The notes under the pieces: generated by a model
What the model was told of the DNA's origin: nothing
Databases searched by the model: none
The model's input: only the letters and a program-made list of their open reading frames with translations
Program-made: the position numbers and the translations under genes
In this document: in pieces, positions 40,891 to 50,134 of the stretch
Numbering within the stretch: position 1 is the first letter of the stretch
Layout: each line of letters begins with the position of its first letter
DNA from: Bdellovibrionales bacterium RIFOXYD12_FULL_39_22
GTDB lineage: Bacteria > Bdellovibrionota > Bacteriovoracia > Bacteriovoracales > Bacteriovoracaceae
NCBI GenBank assembly: GCA_001770205.1
Contig: MEQL01000052.1
Span: forward strand, 1 to 64,000
Length of the DNA: 64,000 bases
Reading direction: 5' to 3'

Positions 40891-41991
40891 CTAAAGCAGA
40901 TGGGTAAATTCTTTTTTGCTTTTCAAAAAACTAACAACTTCTTTTACCCTTTGCGAATCCTTTTTAGGTAAAACCAAAAGTGCCTCATCATTTGAGACTA
41001 CAATCAAATCTTCTACATTAATTAGTGAAACAAATTGTTCTGGTGCAAAAATAATATTTCCGGAGGCATTTGCTAAAAAGTGTCCAGCATCTTTTACGAT
41101 AATATTTCCCTCTTGAGATGCTACAACCGCCTCTAACGCATCCCAAGATCCTAAATCATTCCAATCAAAGCGGGCCGGAATGGCCACCACTTCGCTAGAT
41201 TTTTCCATTATTGCGTAGTCAATCGACTCTGAAATAATTTGGCCATATACTGAAGTGAGTTTAATAAAATCATCCAATATCGCAAAGAGTTCCTCATAAA
41301 ACTTATAAATATAAGGAGCATTTTTCTTAAACTCGCTTAATAGTACTTCAATTGAGGCCACAAACATTCCGGCATTCCAAAAATAGTCACCACTAGCTAA
41401 ATATTCCTTGGCAGTTGCATAATCAGGTTTTTCTTTAAAACTTTTAACAAGAACGCCTCCTCCTTCAATTGCCTCACCTTTCTGAATATAGCCATAGCCG
41501 GTGTGGGGAAAATTTGGAGGTATTCCAATGGTTACTATTTTTCTTTGGGCCGCGGCCACTATTGTTGCATCTCTAACTACTTCGGCAAATCCTCTCTTAT
41601 TTAAAATAACATGATCAGCAGGAACAATGGCCACCACATCCCGCGCACTGGCACCCATTTTAAGTAGTTTTATTAGCGATAAAAATATGCATGGGGCAGT
41701 ATTCCGGCCAGCAGGTTCAAAAATAATTCCCTCCTTTCCAATCTCCTTCCCCGCACAATTTCGGGCCCAAGCTTCCTGTTCTTTGACAGTCACAATAAAA
41801 CGCCTATCCCGATCAACCACTCCATCAAAGCGCAACAACGTCTCTTGCAGTAATGATTTTTCGCTTACTAAATTCAAATATTGTTTCGGTCGCTTACTGG
41901 TGGATTCTGGCCAAAAACGAGTACCTGCTCCTCCGGCCATAACAAGGGCATAAAGATGGAAAGCTGGAATATTGTTTTTTTCCCCATTCAT
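40891..41991 (-). CDS. manC: Mannose-1-phosphate guanylyltransferase (monofunctional)
   Basis: MAGGAGTRFWP, PKQ, EPAGRNTAP, FKEKP, WNAGMF, SIDYAIME, WNDLGSW. Confidence 0.95.
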   Translation of the reverse strand: MNGEKNNIPAFHLYALVMAGGAGTRFWPESTSKRPKQYLNLVSEKSLLQETLLRFDGVVDRDRRFIVTVKEQEAWARNCAGKEIGKEGIIFEPAGRNTAPCIFLSLIKLLKMGASARDVVAIVPADHVILNKRGFAEVVRDATIVAAAQRKIVTIGIPPNFPHTGYGYIQKGEAIEGGGVLVKSFKEKPDYATAKEYLASGDYFWNAGMFVASIEVLLSEFKKNAPYIYKFYEELFAILDDFIKLTSVYGQIISESIDYAIMEKSSEVVAIPARFDWNDLGSWDALEAVVASQEGNIIVKDAGHFLANASGNIIFAPEQFVSLINVEDLIVVSNDEALLVLPKKDSQRVKEVVSFLKSKKEFTHLL

Positions 41992-42710
41992 TAATCAAAT
42001 TTGCCAATAACGTAGTCAGTCCCTTGAAAAAGAGATTTCTCTTTTATGATATAGTTTTTGGCCTCTGATGCGGTACCGAAGATACCAAGACTGATGCGAA
42101 ACCAAACGCCTCGCTCTTTTAAATTTGTCTCGTTAATAATCGGATTATAACCACGCACTCTAAAACCGTCTGCAAATTTTTCAGCGTCCTCTAATTTGCG
42201 ATAAGAACCAAGTTGAATGGTGTATTTTCCAGACAATTCATCTTTTTTCTTTAAACTATCCAACATCTCTTTCGGAAGAGAACTCTCCTCTGCCATTCTA
42301 TCATTTTCTACTTCGACATTACTATCCGCTGGTAGTGCGGCAGTCTCTTCTTTTACTTCTACCTTTGCTATTTCCTCTTTTGCGTCTGTCCCAATATATT
42401 TGTCACCGCTTTTATTTAGTTTATCCAATTCCTCTCGCAATTTAGCATCACTATTATCTAAGACTTGCTTTTCATCTTCACTTACTTCTGCTCCAGAACT
42501 TTTTACTAAATCATCAACCGCCTCTTCTTGAGCAGACATCAAATCAATTTTCTGTCGATCAGCGGCAGTAATGCCTCCTGTCTCATATGAGTATTGTTTT
42601 CCAATTTTCACTCCCAACACAAAAGAGATAATGGCCACTAAGACCATAAAAATGAAAAGTAGTGCAATCTCTTTTTTGGCAAATACAAACAGTTTTGTTT
42701 TTTCATCCAT
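41991..42710 (-). CDS. SPOR-domain membrane-anchored protein (FtsN/DedD-like)
   Basis: N-terminal TM, acidic linker, YTIQLGSY...A...WFRISLG.F. Confidence 0.88.
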   Translation of the reverse strand: MDEKTKLFVFAKKEIALLFIFMVLVAIISFVLGVKIGKQYSYETGGITAADRQKIDLMSAQEEAVDDLVKSSGAEVSEDEKQVLDNSDAKLREELDKLNKSGDKYIGTDAKEEIAKVEVKEETAALPADSNVEVENDRMAEESSLPKEMLDSLKKKDELSGKYTIQLGSYRKLEDAEKFADGFRVRGYNPIINETNLKERGVWFRISLGIFGTASEAKNYIIKEKSLFQGTDYVIGKFD

Positions 42711-42848
42711 AAAAATAATCCGTTATTTAACGTGAAGTTATCACCTTAATTATACTGTAGCGCTGGTATTTAAAAAAGACTAAATCCAAAAAAAACATTC
42801 CTTAGTGTTTTACTGGGTCTTTATTTGTTCAAAAAGGCCCTCTAAATT

Positions 42849-42865
42849 TAGGCACGCTGAATGCA
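42849..42865 (+). promoter_or_regulatory. Sigma54 (-24/-12) promoter upstream of flp
   Basis: AGGCACGCTGAATGCA = GG-N10-GC with GGCAC core, about 47 nt upstream of the pilin ATG. Confidence 0.65.
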
Positions 42866-42911
42866 ATATCGCAAATAACGACTTACCAACTATAAAACTA
42901 CAAGGAGCTTT

Positions 42912-43100
42912 ATGAAATCATTTTTAAAATACTTCAAAAAAATTTCAAACAATCAAGGGCAGGGAGTAATGGAGTACATAATAATCTCTAGTCTAATTGG
43001 CATCTTTTGCCTTGTGGCAGTTAAGCAGTTTGGCTCTGTGGTACAAACCCGCATAAATTACATGAAAACTTCCGTTGTAAAAAATATTCCCACAAAATAG
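42912..43100 (+). CDS. flp: Flp (type IVc) pilin
   Basis: Basic leader, then GQGVMEYIII (G|..EY); 62 aa; AGGAG RBS. Confidence 0.88.
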   Translation: MKSFLKYFKKISNNQGQGVMEYIIISSLIGIFCLVAVKQFGSVVQTRINYMKTSVVKNIPTK

Positions 43101-43102
43101 CA

Positions 43103-43384
43103 ATGATAGTCGTAATTGAAATTTTTTTTGCCACTCTTATCTTGATTACAACTGGCCTTGGCCTTGATCTTCTGCAAAAGGCCAGTTGTCAAAGTTCTAT
43201 TTTGCAAAACTCTTTTTCCCTAATTACAAAACAGTCAACAACCGATCTCAAGCCTTTATCCTCTCTTTCACGAAGTTCTTTTATCTGCGATTCGCCCTTA
43301 ATTATATCGGGTAATAAACCTAATCTGGTGGCGCGCTACCAAACCAATGTTGCCTTTAAAATGCACCTTGAGGGCAATTTATAA
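43103..43384 (+). CDS. Small pseudopilin-like protein (TadE-like)
   Basis: N-terminal hydrophobic helix with Glu; follows flp. Confidence 0.45.
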   Translation: MIVVIEIFFATLILITTGLGLDLLQKASCQSSILQNSFSLITKQSTTDLKPLSSLSRSSFICDSPLIISGNKPNLVARYQTNVAFKMHLEGNL

Positions 43385-43387
43385 TTT

Positions 43388-43984
43388 ATGACAAAAACTA
43401 TTTTTTTTAATACACGTGGGAATATTACTCTTTTAGGAATTTTTCTGGCCGTCATTTTGTCCGGAGTTATGACTATCACGATAAAAACAGTTCAAAAAAA
43501 TTATCTTGCGATTAAATCTCGCTCCAATACTTATCTTTGTATTAAAAACTTTACGCATAGTAGTAATTCCATTGTAAATACCGTTGGCAAGACGAACAGC
43601 ATTTTGCGATCTTTAAACCTCGCCAAAAAAATACCTAAACTTAAAATAGAAGCAGAGGCGGCAATCTTGGCCATTTATGCCGGCCAAAACATAGCTCATC
43701 TTGCATATTTGAAAAAGATAGCGCTATACCCTCGCTGCGCCTCGACAACTTCGGCAATTCTAGCGATAAAAACTCCATATCAACACGCTTTCGGAGTTCC
43801 GCTTCGAGATGCGAATGGAATTATAAAACCAAGGGCATTAAAATGGAAAATAGATATTCCTCTTTCTGGCCGATCAACACTTTCTTCCCTCTTTATCCAA
43901 CTAAAACTAGAACTAAACTCTCCTTTTTCTTCACAGCTTGTCGTCCAAAGTCGAGAAAACTCATTGCCGGCATTTCTGCAATAG
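43388..43984 (+). CDS. Pseudopilin-like protein (TadG-like N-terminus)
   Basis: NTRG|NITLLGIFLAVIL prepilin-type N-terminus. Confidence 0.55.
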   Translation: MTKTIFFNTRGNITLLGIFLAVILSGVMTITIKTVQKNYLAIKSRSNTYLCIKNFTHSSNSIVNTVGKTNSILRSLNLAKKIPKLKIEAEAAILAIYAGQNIAHLAYLKKIALYPRCASTTSAILAIKTPYQHAFGVPLRDANGIIKPRALKWKIDIPLSGRSTLSSLFIQLKLELNSPFSSQLVVQSRENSLPAFLQ

Positions 43985-44118
43985 AAACTGCCATCTGGTT
44001 ATCGATTATCAGTGGCATTTTGTTAGTAAGTTTTAGTATCACACAAAAATTCATGGCCGCCTCTTTAATGGAAACCAAAAAATTTGAAAAAGAATGGAAT
44101 AGGCTAGAATATGAATAA
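43843..44118 (+). CDS. Short pseudopilin-like ORF
   Basis: Basic stretch, then G|ISAIETAIWLSII (Glu at +5); overlaps the previous gene by about 140 nt, start uncertain. Confidence 0.45.
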   Translation: MENRYSSFWPINTFFPLYPTKTRTKLSFFFTACRPKSRKLIAGISAIETAIWLSIISGILLVSFSITQKFMAASLMETKKFEKEWNRLEYE

Positions 44119-44641
44119 CGATTTAAAAGAAAAATTCCAAGAGCAACTGGCCGAAGACTTTAAGCAGTCAAAAAGAAAACAAAAATTTAAGTTGATTATG
44201 GCCATTCTATTCTCAAATCTTCTCCTGTTTATATTGATGGCCTCCGCTAATCCTAACAATAATAGTTGCCAAGCAGAGCACAATAACTTGTCTCCCAAAC
44301 ATCCTCATCATGTGGCCATCAAACTATCCTTGGAAGTACACATTCCAATAGAAGATATCAACTCGGAATATTCAGTGAGCATCTATGATGACAATTTAAA
44401 TTTATTAGTTGCCAGAGCATATCTCTCTTCACTTCCAAATAGCGAAGAAGTCGGTGATAGTTATGATACTAACAACGAAGGGCCCTTCTATCGCTTAGAA
44501 ATACCCACAACTGCTCTCTTGCCAGTAATTAATAACACTAAGGGTAAGCTACATGCCTATCCACCAGAAATGGCCAATAACATTAACAGACTACCTTCCC
44601 TGCCAACCACACAAGTGAGTACATATGAAATTATTTTTTAG
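44111..44641 (+). CDS. Single-TM hypothetical protein in the tad cluster
   Basis: One TM after a charged N-terminus; overlaps both neighbours. Confidence 0.55.
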   Translation: MNNDLKEKFQEQLAEDFKQSKRKQKFKLIMAILFSNLLLFILMASANPNNNSCQAEHNNLSPKHPHHVAIKLSLEVHIPIEDINSEYSVSIYDDNLNLLVARAYLSSLPNSEEVGDSYDTNNEGPFYRLEIPTTALLPVINNTKGKLHAYPPEMANNINRLPSLPTTQVSTYEIIF

Positions 44642-44936
44642 TTTAACCAGTGCCATGTTTTTAACTTATACCCTTCATGCTCGAGATATTATTTTGGTGT
44701 CATATACTAAAGAAGCCGAATATGTTGCCAATTCTACAATTACCATACTTCGAGAACAGGAAAAAATCCCAGATTCCCTTATTACAAAAAGAGAGTCTAT
44801 AAACCCATGTCAAAAAATAGCTGAGGCCATTGTACAAATCTGCATTATAGACAGTGAACGCGTATTTTTCCCGGTGATAAAAAAAGAAATTATTCTATCT
44901 GCTTATCGGATTTTTAAACAAAAACAAATCGAATAA
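44625..44936 (+). CDS. Small secreted protein in the tad cluster
   Basis: Signal peptide ending LHA; two Cys. Confidence 0.55.
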   Translation: MKLFFSLTSAMFLTYTLHARDIILVSYTKEAEYVANSTITILREQEKIPDSLITKRESINPCQKIAEAIVQICIIDSERVFFPVIKKEIILSAYRIFKQKQIE

Positions 44937-44949
44937 ACACGAGGTATTT

Positions 44950-46476
44950 ATGAACTTTAGAAATCTGTTATTGCTTTACTATTTAGTGGCAGTTGGGTGT
45001 ATGGCGAATTTTGGCGTAGTTCCTTTAATTCGATTTTGTGCCTTGCGATCAGCTCCAACTTTTTTACGTTTTTTAGCTCTTCTTCTCTCGGTAACTTTAG
45101 TTCTTGAGGCCATTATAAAACTCCTAAGCTTTAATGATAAAAACGATCCAGGGAAAAGAGTATTTGTAACGTCCCCAATATTATCTGTCAAGTTGTTTGC
45201 CATCATCCCCATTATTACCATCGCATTTTGGCCAGTCCATTCTTGGGCATTGGATAATGGCCAGACCCAAAACGACATTGTCATTTCTATCGGAGAACAT
45301 TATGAACTTCCTCTGCCTAACATGAAGAAATTCACCATTGGCAACCATGAAGTACTTTCTCACAAACTTACCGAACAAAAGCGCTTAATAATCAAAGGAA
45401 TAAAACTCGGATATAGTGAATTGGTTGTTTGGGAACAAGCTGGTACTAAGCAAGAGTTCCAGGTATATATTCTTTCCAAAGAAAAGCAGCTAAAACTTTC
45501 TCATTACCTCCAAACCCTGCATAATTTTAATATTGATGCGACACTATCCGGCCCACTTATTGTCATTCGTGGAACTATCTCCTCACTTTCTCAGCTAAAA
45601 ATAATTCGGCAACTCACTAACAAGGCCCCCGACATTTTCCATCTAGCGGCGCACTTTAATCAGGCGCTTAGAAACGAAATAATTGGTGATATTTATAAAC
45701 AATTCTATGAACAATATATTGATCATATTATTTGCGAGGACAATCTTCTAGATATTAACTGTCGTTATACTGATACAAATGATGTTGATGAGAAGTTTTT
45801 AAGCATTATATCGCAGAAATATGGTGCAAATTTAGTCAAAATGGCCAGCAATGTCGCAGATAAAAAATATCTTCTTCGATTAAAAATAATTCAAATGGAA
45901 AAAATGAATGGTGAGGAACTGGGATTAGGACTCGACTCTATGTCCGGACAACTTTCCGATCTTTTCACTGGCGGACTAACGTCTCTACTAAAAAACAACT
46001 CCCTATTACTTGAAGAACAGGCCGTCGACATGTCTACTTTGGCCGAACCAGAAATTGTCATTATTCCAGGCAAAGAGGTTGAAATCGAAGTAGGAGGAGA
46101 TATTCCTCTGGCCATTAACAACCCTGATGACAACGACAAAAGAGTGCTTTTTTTTAAATTTGCCGGGATAAAAATAAAAATCAAAATTGAAAAGCACAAT
46201 GATAAATTTATGGCCAACTATAAAACCGAATTCTCCCGGCCAGGAGAAAATAACGACTCTGTAACCGGGAATAAAGAAAGTTCAGCGGCACTAGTGGCCA
46301 AAGGTACCCCATTGCAGTTATTTCAAATCGGCTTTAAAACAGTCGATAATGCAACTAGATCGCTACCGCTTATAAATAAGATCCCACTCATTAGAACAAT
46401 TTTTTCCTCAAAGTCTGGACATTCAAATCATAAAAAAATAAGCGGAATCATCCTTTTGGAGGAATATGAAATTTAA
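44950..46476 (+). CDS. CpaC/RcpA-like pilus secretin (start uncertain)
   Basis: ISIGEH...IGN.EV...IKG.KLG.SEL.VW pilus N-domain; LAEP...GG.IP...F.FAGI; LP....IPLI...F secretin motifs. Confidence 0.8.
   Translation: MNFRNLLLLYYLVAVGCMANFGVVPLIRFCALRSAPTFLRFLALLLSVTLVLEAIIKLLSFNDKNDPGKRVFVTSPILSVKLFAIIPIITIAFWPVHSWALDNGQTQNDIVISIGEHYELPLPNMKKFTIGNHEVLSHKLTEQKRLIIKGIKLGYSELVVWEQAGTKQEFQVYILSKEKQLKLSHYLQTLHNFNIDATLSGPLIVIRGTISSLSQLKIIRQLTNKAPDIFHLAAHFNQALRNEIIGDIYKQFYEQYIDHIICEDNLLDINCRYTDTNDVDEKFLSIISQKYGANLVKMASNVADKKYLLRLKIIQMEKMNGEELGLGLDSMSGQLSDLFTGGLTSLLKNNSLLLEEQAVDMSTLAEPEIVIIPGKEVEIEVGGDIPLAINNPDDNDKRVLFFKFAGIKIKIKIEKHNDKFMANYKTEFSRPGENNDSVTGNKESSAALVAKGTPLQLFQIGFKTVDNATRSLPLINKIPLIRTIFSSKSGHSNHKKISGIILLEEYEI
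44979..45113 (-). CDS. 44-aa Lys/Arg-rich small protein, antisense within the tad cluster
   Basis: MASRTKVTERRRAKKRKKVGADRKAQNRIKGTTPKFAIHPTATK*; AGGAG (45121-45125) 7 nt upstream of the ATG. Confidence 0.7.
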   Translation of the reverse strand: MASRTKVTERRRAKKRKKVGADRKAQNRIKGTTPKFAIHPTATK

Positions 46477-47620
46477 TTTAGCGACAGAATTCTCCACAAC
46501 AAATCATGTGGGATCACTTTACGATCAATTCAAGAATGAAGTTTTTAATCTTTTTATTCAAGTTTTTGAAAAGATGCTTGGCCAAGGTCAGCTTCCAACT
46601 TTTGATCCAACAATGAATAAGGTTTTGGCCGCCCTCAATCTGAGCGAATATGCTGCCATATTTTCAAAAGATTGCTCTTTATGGTTTGATAAAATAACCA
46701 AATTTGAATACCTGAAAAACTGGTTAGATGATGAAAAAATTCGCGAAATAATTGTGCACTCACATAATTTTTTGCAAATTGAACTTGCCGGTAATTTTCA
46801 CAACATTAATACTATTTTACTATCTGCTTCTGATTATCAGCTTTCAATAAACTACTTGGCCTTACAAAACGGACAAGAAATAAATTTCTCCAATCCTTTC
46901 GCTAGTTTTTATACACAATTATCTTCTCGTCATTTCAGGGCCACAATTATTCATCAATCTACCTCTCCCACAAACGGACTAAAAATTTTCTTGCGAAAAA
47001 TCCAAAAACAAATCTTTCCACTGGATCGTTTTGTCCCACCAAATGGCCGCGAACTACTGGCCAAAATAGTTGAAGAAAAGGCCAATGTAATAATTTCTGG
47101 AGCAACCGGTAGTGGAAAAACTGCGCTATTAACTTCCATGGCACAACAAATACCATCTAATGAACATCTGATTATCTTAGAAGATACTTACGAAATAATT
47201 ATGGAGCGTCAGAATATTACTAGTATGCTGGCCAATCACCAACGTCCTAATAATAGTCTTAAGGACTATTGTGCCTACGCTCTACGCATGCGTCCAGATA
47301 GGATTATTGTCGGAGAATTACGCTCACATGAAATTATTCCCTTTATTTTGGCCATGAATACCGGCCATAGTGGACTACTTAGCTCTATTCATGCCAACTC
47401 GGCAGTAGATGCTCTCCATCGATTGGCCACTTTATTTTGCCTATATGGAGAGTCACGAGATATCTCCTTTGAGTTAATAATGAAGCTAATTTGTAAAAAT
47501 TTACACTACGTAATTCATATGAATCAGCGAAGAGTTGCCCATGTCATAAAAGTAATTGGCGTGGACCGGACCACTCCTTCCTTTGAAACGGTATACCAGC
47601 AAGCCGCCAACTTCTCTTGA
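46466..47620 (+). CDS. cpaF: CpaF/TadA pilus assembly ATPase
   Basis: ISGATGSGKT, LEDTYE, ALRMRPDRIIVGELR, AMNTGH, SIHANS. Confidence 0.92.
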   Translation: MKFNLATEFSTTNHVGSLYDQFKNEVFNLFIQVFEKMLGQGQLPTFDPTMNKVLAALNLSEYAAIFSKDCSLWFDKITKFEYLKNWLDDEKIREIIVHSHNFLQIELAGNFHNINTILLSASDYQLSINYLALQNGQEINFSNPFASFYTQLSSRHFRATIIHQSTSPTNGLKIFLRKIQKQIFPLDRFVPPNGRELLAKIVEEKANVIISGATGSGKTALLTSMAQQIPSNEHLIILEDTYEIIMERQNITSMLANHQRPNNSLKDYCAYALRMRPDRIIVGELRSHEIIPFILAMNTGHSGLLSSIHANSAVDALHRLATLFCLYGESRDISFELIMKLICKNLHYVIHMNQRRVAHVIKVIGVDRTTPSFETVYQQAANFS

Positions 47621-47690
47621 ATTTTCTCTTATGTAATGTGTATAATCTAAGCGTATTAACTTTTACTAACAAACCCGAGATCCCATACTC

Positions 47691-49040
47691 ATGCGCATTT
47701 TATTTATCGATGATGATGACTCTGTAAGGCAACTTTATACTATGTTGCTAGATAATCTTGTCGATAATGTGGAAATTATTCCTGCTATTTCTGGAAATCA
47801 GGCCATTAAAATCTTAAAGGAGGATGCCAATTTTGACCTTCTACTTTGTGATTATCGCATGGAAGATGGTAACGGTGATATTGTATACCAATATATCAAA
47901 AAAAATCTTCCCAAAACTCCTTTTGTCCTTTTCACCACCGAAGATATAAACAACCTTGAAGTTTTTAAAAATTTTTTTCGAGACAACGTTCTTAATTGTT
48001 TTATTCAAAAACCAGTAAAACCGGCAAAATTCAAGCTGGATATGGCCGGACTAATCTCCAGAATAAGTAGCGGATATATACTTGAAAGTAACACCGCCTT
48101 TAAAAAAATTCGCTACATCTACTTTTTGCGATTTAATAAAGTTCTCTGTGACATCTACATAAAACTTTCAAAAGATAAATTCGTAAAATTTATCAATAGC
48201 GGTGATGAATATTCAAAAGAAAATATTAAGCGCTATTTGCGGCCAGGAGAGCAATTCCTTTACATTACAGAAAGTGATTACAATAGTTTTTCCACTACTT
48301 TTGCTCAAACACCATTCTTAATTCAAAGCGATAATTATAATAATAAACAAATTGAAAACACTGTTACCAGTACTATTGAAATCGTACATGAATTAATTCG
48401 TACAGTTGGTGTAGGGAGCACTGTTGTTTCACTTGTAGATAGCTGCGTTAGCAAAATCAATAGTGACAACAGCAATGATCCTGATCGTCTGGACGGCCTC
48501 CTCAAAAAAGTACGCAACCGACAAGATTATATTAACGATCATAGTTTTCTTGTTGCCTATATTGGCAGCGCCATCAGCAAAAAAATGGGACTTGGTAGTG
48601 ATGTTATGTTTGAAAAAGTAACATATGCGGCACTTTTACACGATGGCCTTTTAGATGATCCCCAATTTGCTTGGGAAGCCGATACCTCTCACCCTGCTCT
48701 TGTAAATTTTTCAGAAGCACAATTGAAAATCCTTCACTCCCATCCGTTGGAAACAGCAAAAATTATAAGTGACTCTCATCGTTTTCCCAAAGATGTTGAA
48801 CTAATTGTGGCCCAGCATCATGAAAATCCTGAGGGAACAGGATTTCCACGTCAATTATCTGCAGTAAAAATCTCTCCCATGGTGGCAATTTTTTTAGTGG
48901 CCCACGCCTTCGTAAATGAAATTTATAAGGTTGATTTTAACACGGCCAAGTATCGGGCCATTATCAAGCAAATGAACAAGCGCTTCAGTAAAGGTAATTA
49001 TAAACAGCCGATGAGTGCTTTGAGTGATCTATATATCTGA
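47691..49040 (+). CDS. Response regulator with HD-GYP-type domain
   Basis: N-terminal REC (FIDDD, CDYRM, QKP); ALLHD, HP, QHHENPEGTGFP. Confidence 0.85.
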   Translation: MRILFIDDDDSVRQLYTMLLDNLVDNVEIIPAISGNQAIKILKEDANFDLLLCDYRMEDGNGDIVYQYIKKNLPKTPFVLFTTEDINNLEVFKNFFRDNVLNCFIQKPVKPAKFKLDMAGLISRISSGYILESNTAFKKIRYIYFLRFNKVLCDIYIKLSKDKFVKFINSGDEYSKENIKRYLRPGEQFLYITESDYNSFSTTFAQTPFLIQSDNYNNKQIENTVTSTIEIVHELIRTVGVGSTVVSLVDSCVSKINSDNSNDPDRLDGLLKKVRNRQDYINDHSFLVAYIGSAISKKMGLGSDVMFEKVTYAALLHDGLLDDPQFAWEADTSHPALVNFSEAQLKILHSHPLETAKIISDSHRFPKDVELIVAQHHENPEGTGFPRQLSAVKISPMVAIFLVAHAFVNEIYKVDFNTAKYRAIIKQMNKRFSKGNYKQPMSALSDLYI

Positions 49041-49178
49041 TGATGTTATCTCATCATCAAGGTAAGTCCTTGACTATTTTACTTTGGCCGTGCTGGAAAA
49101 AAAATACTATGTCAAATTTTGCCTTTGTAGATTAAACTTAAAAAAGTAAAGAAGTTAAACACACTACTGAGGGTAAAT

Positions 49179-50057
49179 ATGTACGAACAGTATCTTGAAA
49201 AAACTAGCGAACTAATCAAAGAGCTTTTTGTTAAAATGACTTCGCTTGAAGTTAAAAATACTACTATTGAACAAAACAAGAGGAAAATAATAATCTATCC
49301 TATCGCGACTACTCATGCTTATGAAAATAGCGAAAATAACCTAACCGGCCAATTTGTACTAGGTTTTAACGATAAAACCACTGCAGAATTAGTGGCAAAC
49401 TCTCTAGGTAAACGCGCCGGTATTGCAGAAAAAGAACTAAATGAGCAGATGAAATCGGAGTTGCTCGCTGAATTTATTAACACCATCGTTGGACGAGTAC
49501 TAACTGAATGGTCAAAACTTGGATTAAAATTAAAATTCAAAGCTCCCGTATTTGGGCCTATGGCAAAAAAAGAGGCCAATGCTGAAAATTATCTGATCCT
49601 TCTTACCATGGCGAATAACATGTATATCTCTATTGGGATTACCTTTGATCAACGGGACAACCCCGAAATGAAAGGGAAAAAGGTATTGGTCGTAGATGAC
49701 TCTTTGGCAATCCGCCATGTCATATCAAAAGTTTTTCTTACCGCTGGATGCGTGGTTGAACAAGCAGTTGATGGAGTTGATGCAGTAGAAAAATTTAAAA
49801 CTTTCTCTCCCGATTTTGTTGTTATGGATCTAATCATGCCTAAACAAGATGGTCTAACCACCATTGGAGAAATACGCAAAATTGAAAAGCAAAAAACAGT
49901 TATTTTCATGCTAACGTCCACCGCAACAGACGAACAGGTTAAGCAAGCGCAGGAGTTAAAGGTGACCTCATATTTCATCAAACCTGTTAATACTGAAACT
50001 ATTTTCCACACCGCCTGCCAGGCACTAAATGGAAAAACTGTTCCTTTTCGCTTCTAG
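49179..50057 (+). CDS. CheX-like phosphatase domain fused to a receiver domain
   Basis: ELLAEFINTIVG (ExxN); VVDDS, MDLIMP, LTS, IKP. Confidence 0.82.
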   Translation: MYEQYLEKTSELIKELFVKMTSLEVKNTTIEQNKRKIIIYPIATTHAYENSENNLTGQFVLGFNDKTTAELVANSLGKRAGIAEKELNEQMKSELLAEFINTIVGRVLTEWSKLGLKLKFKAPVFGPMAKKEANAENYLILLTMANNMYISIGITFDQRDNPEMKGKKVLVVDDSLAIRHVISKVFLTAGCVVEQAVDGVDAVEKFKTFSPDFVVMDLIMPKQDGLTTIGEIRKIEKQKTVIFMLTSTATDEQVKQAQELKVTSYFIKPVNTETIFHTACQALNGKTVPFRF

Positions 50058-50134
50058 TTTGTAATAATTCGCCTTTTACTTATTCTTTTTTTTTGTAGTA
50101 AACTACTTCTGACAAAAAACATGGAGGTTTTGTT

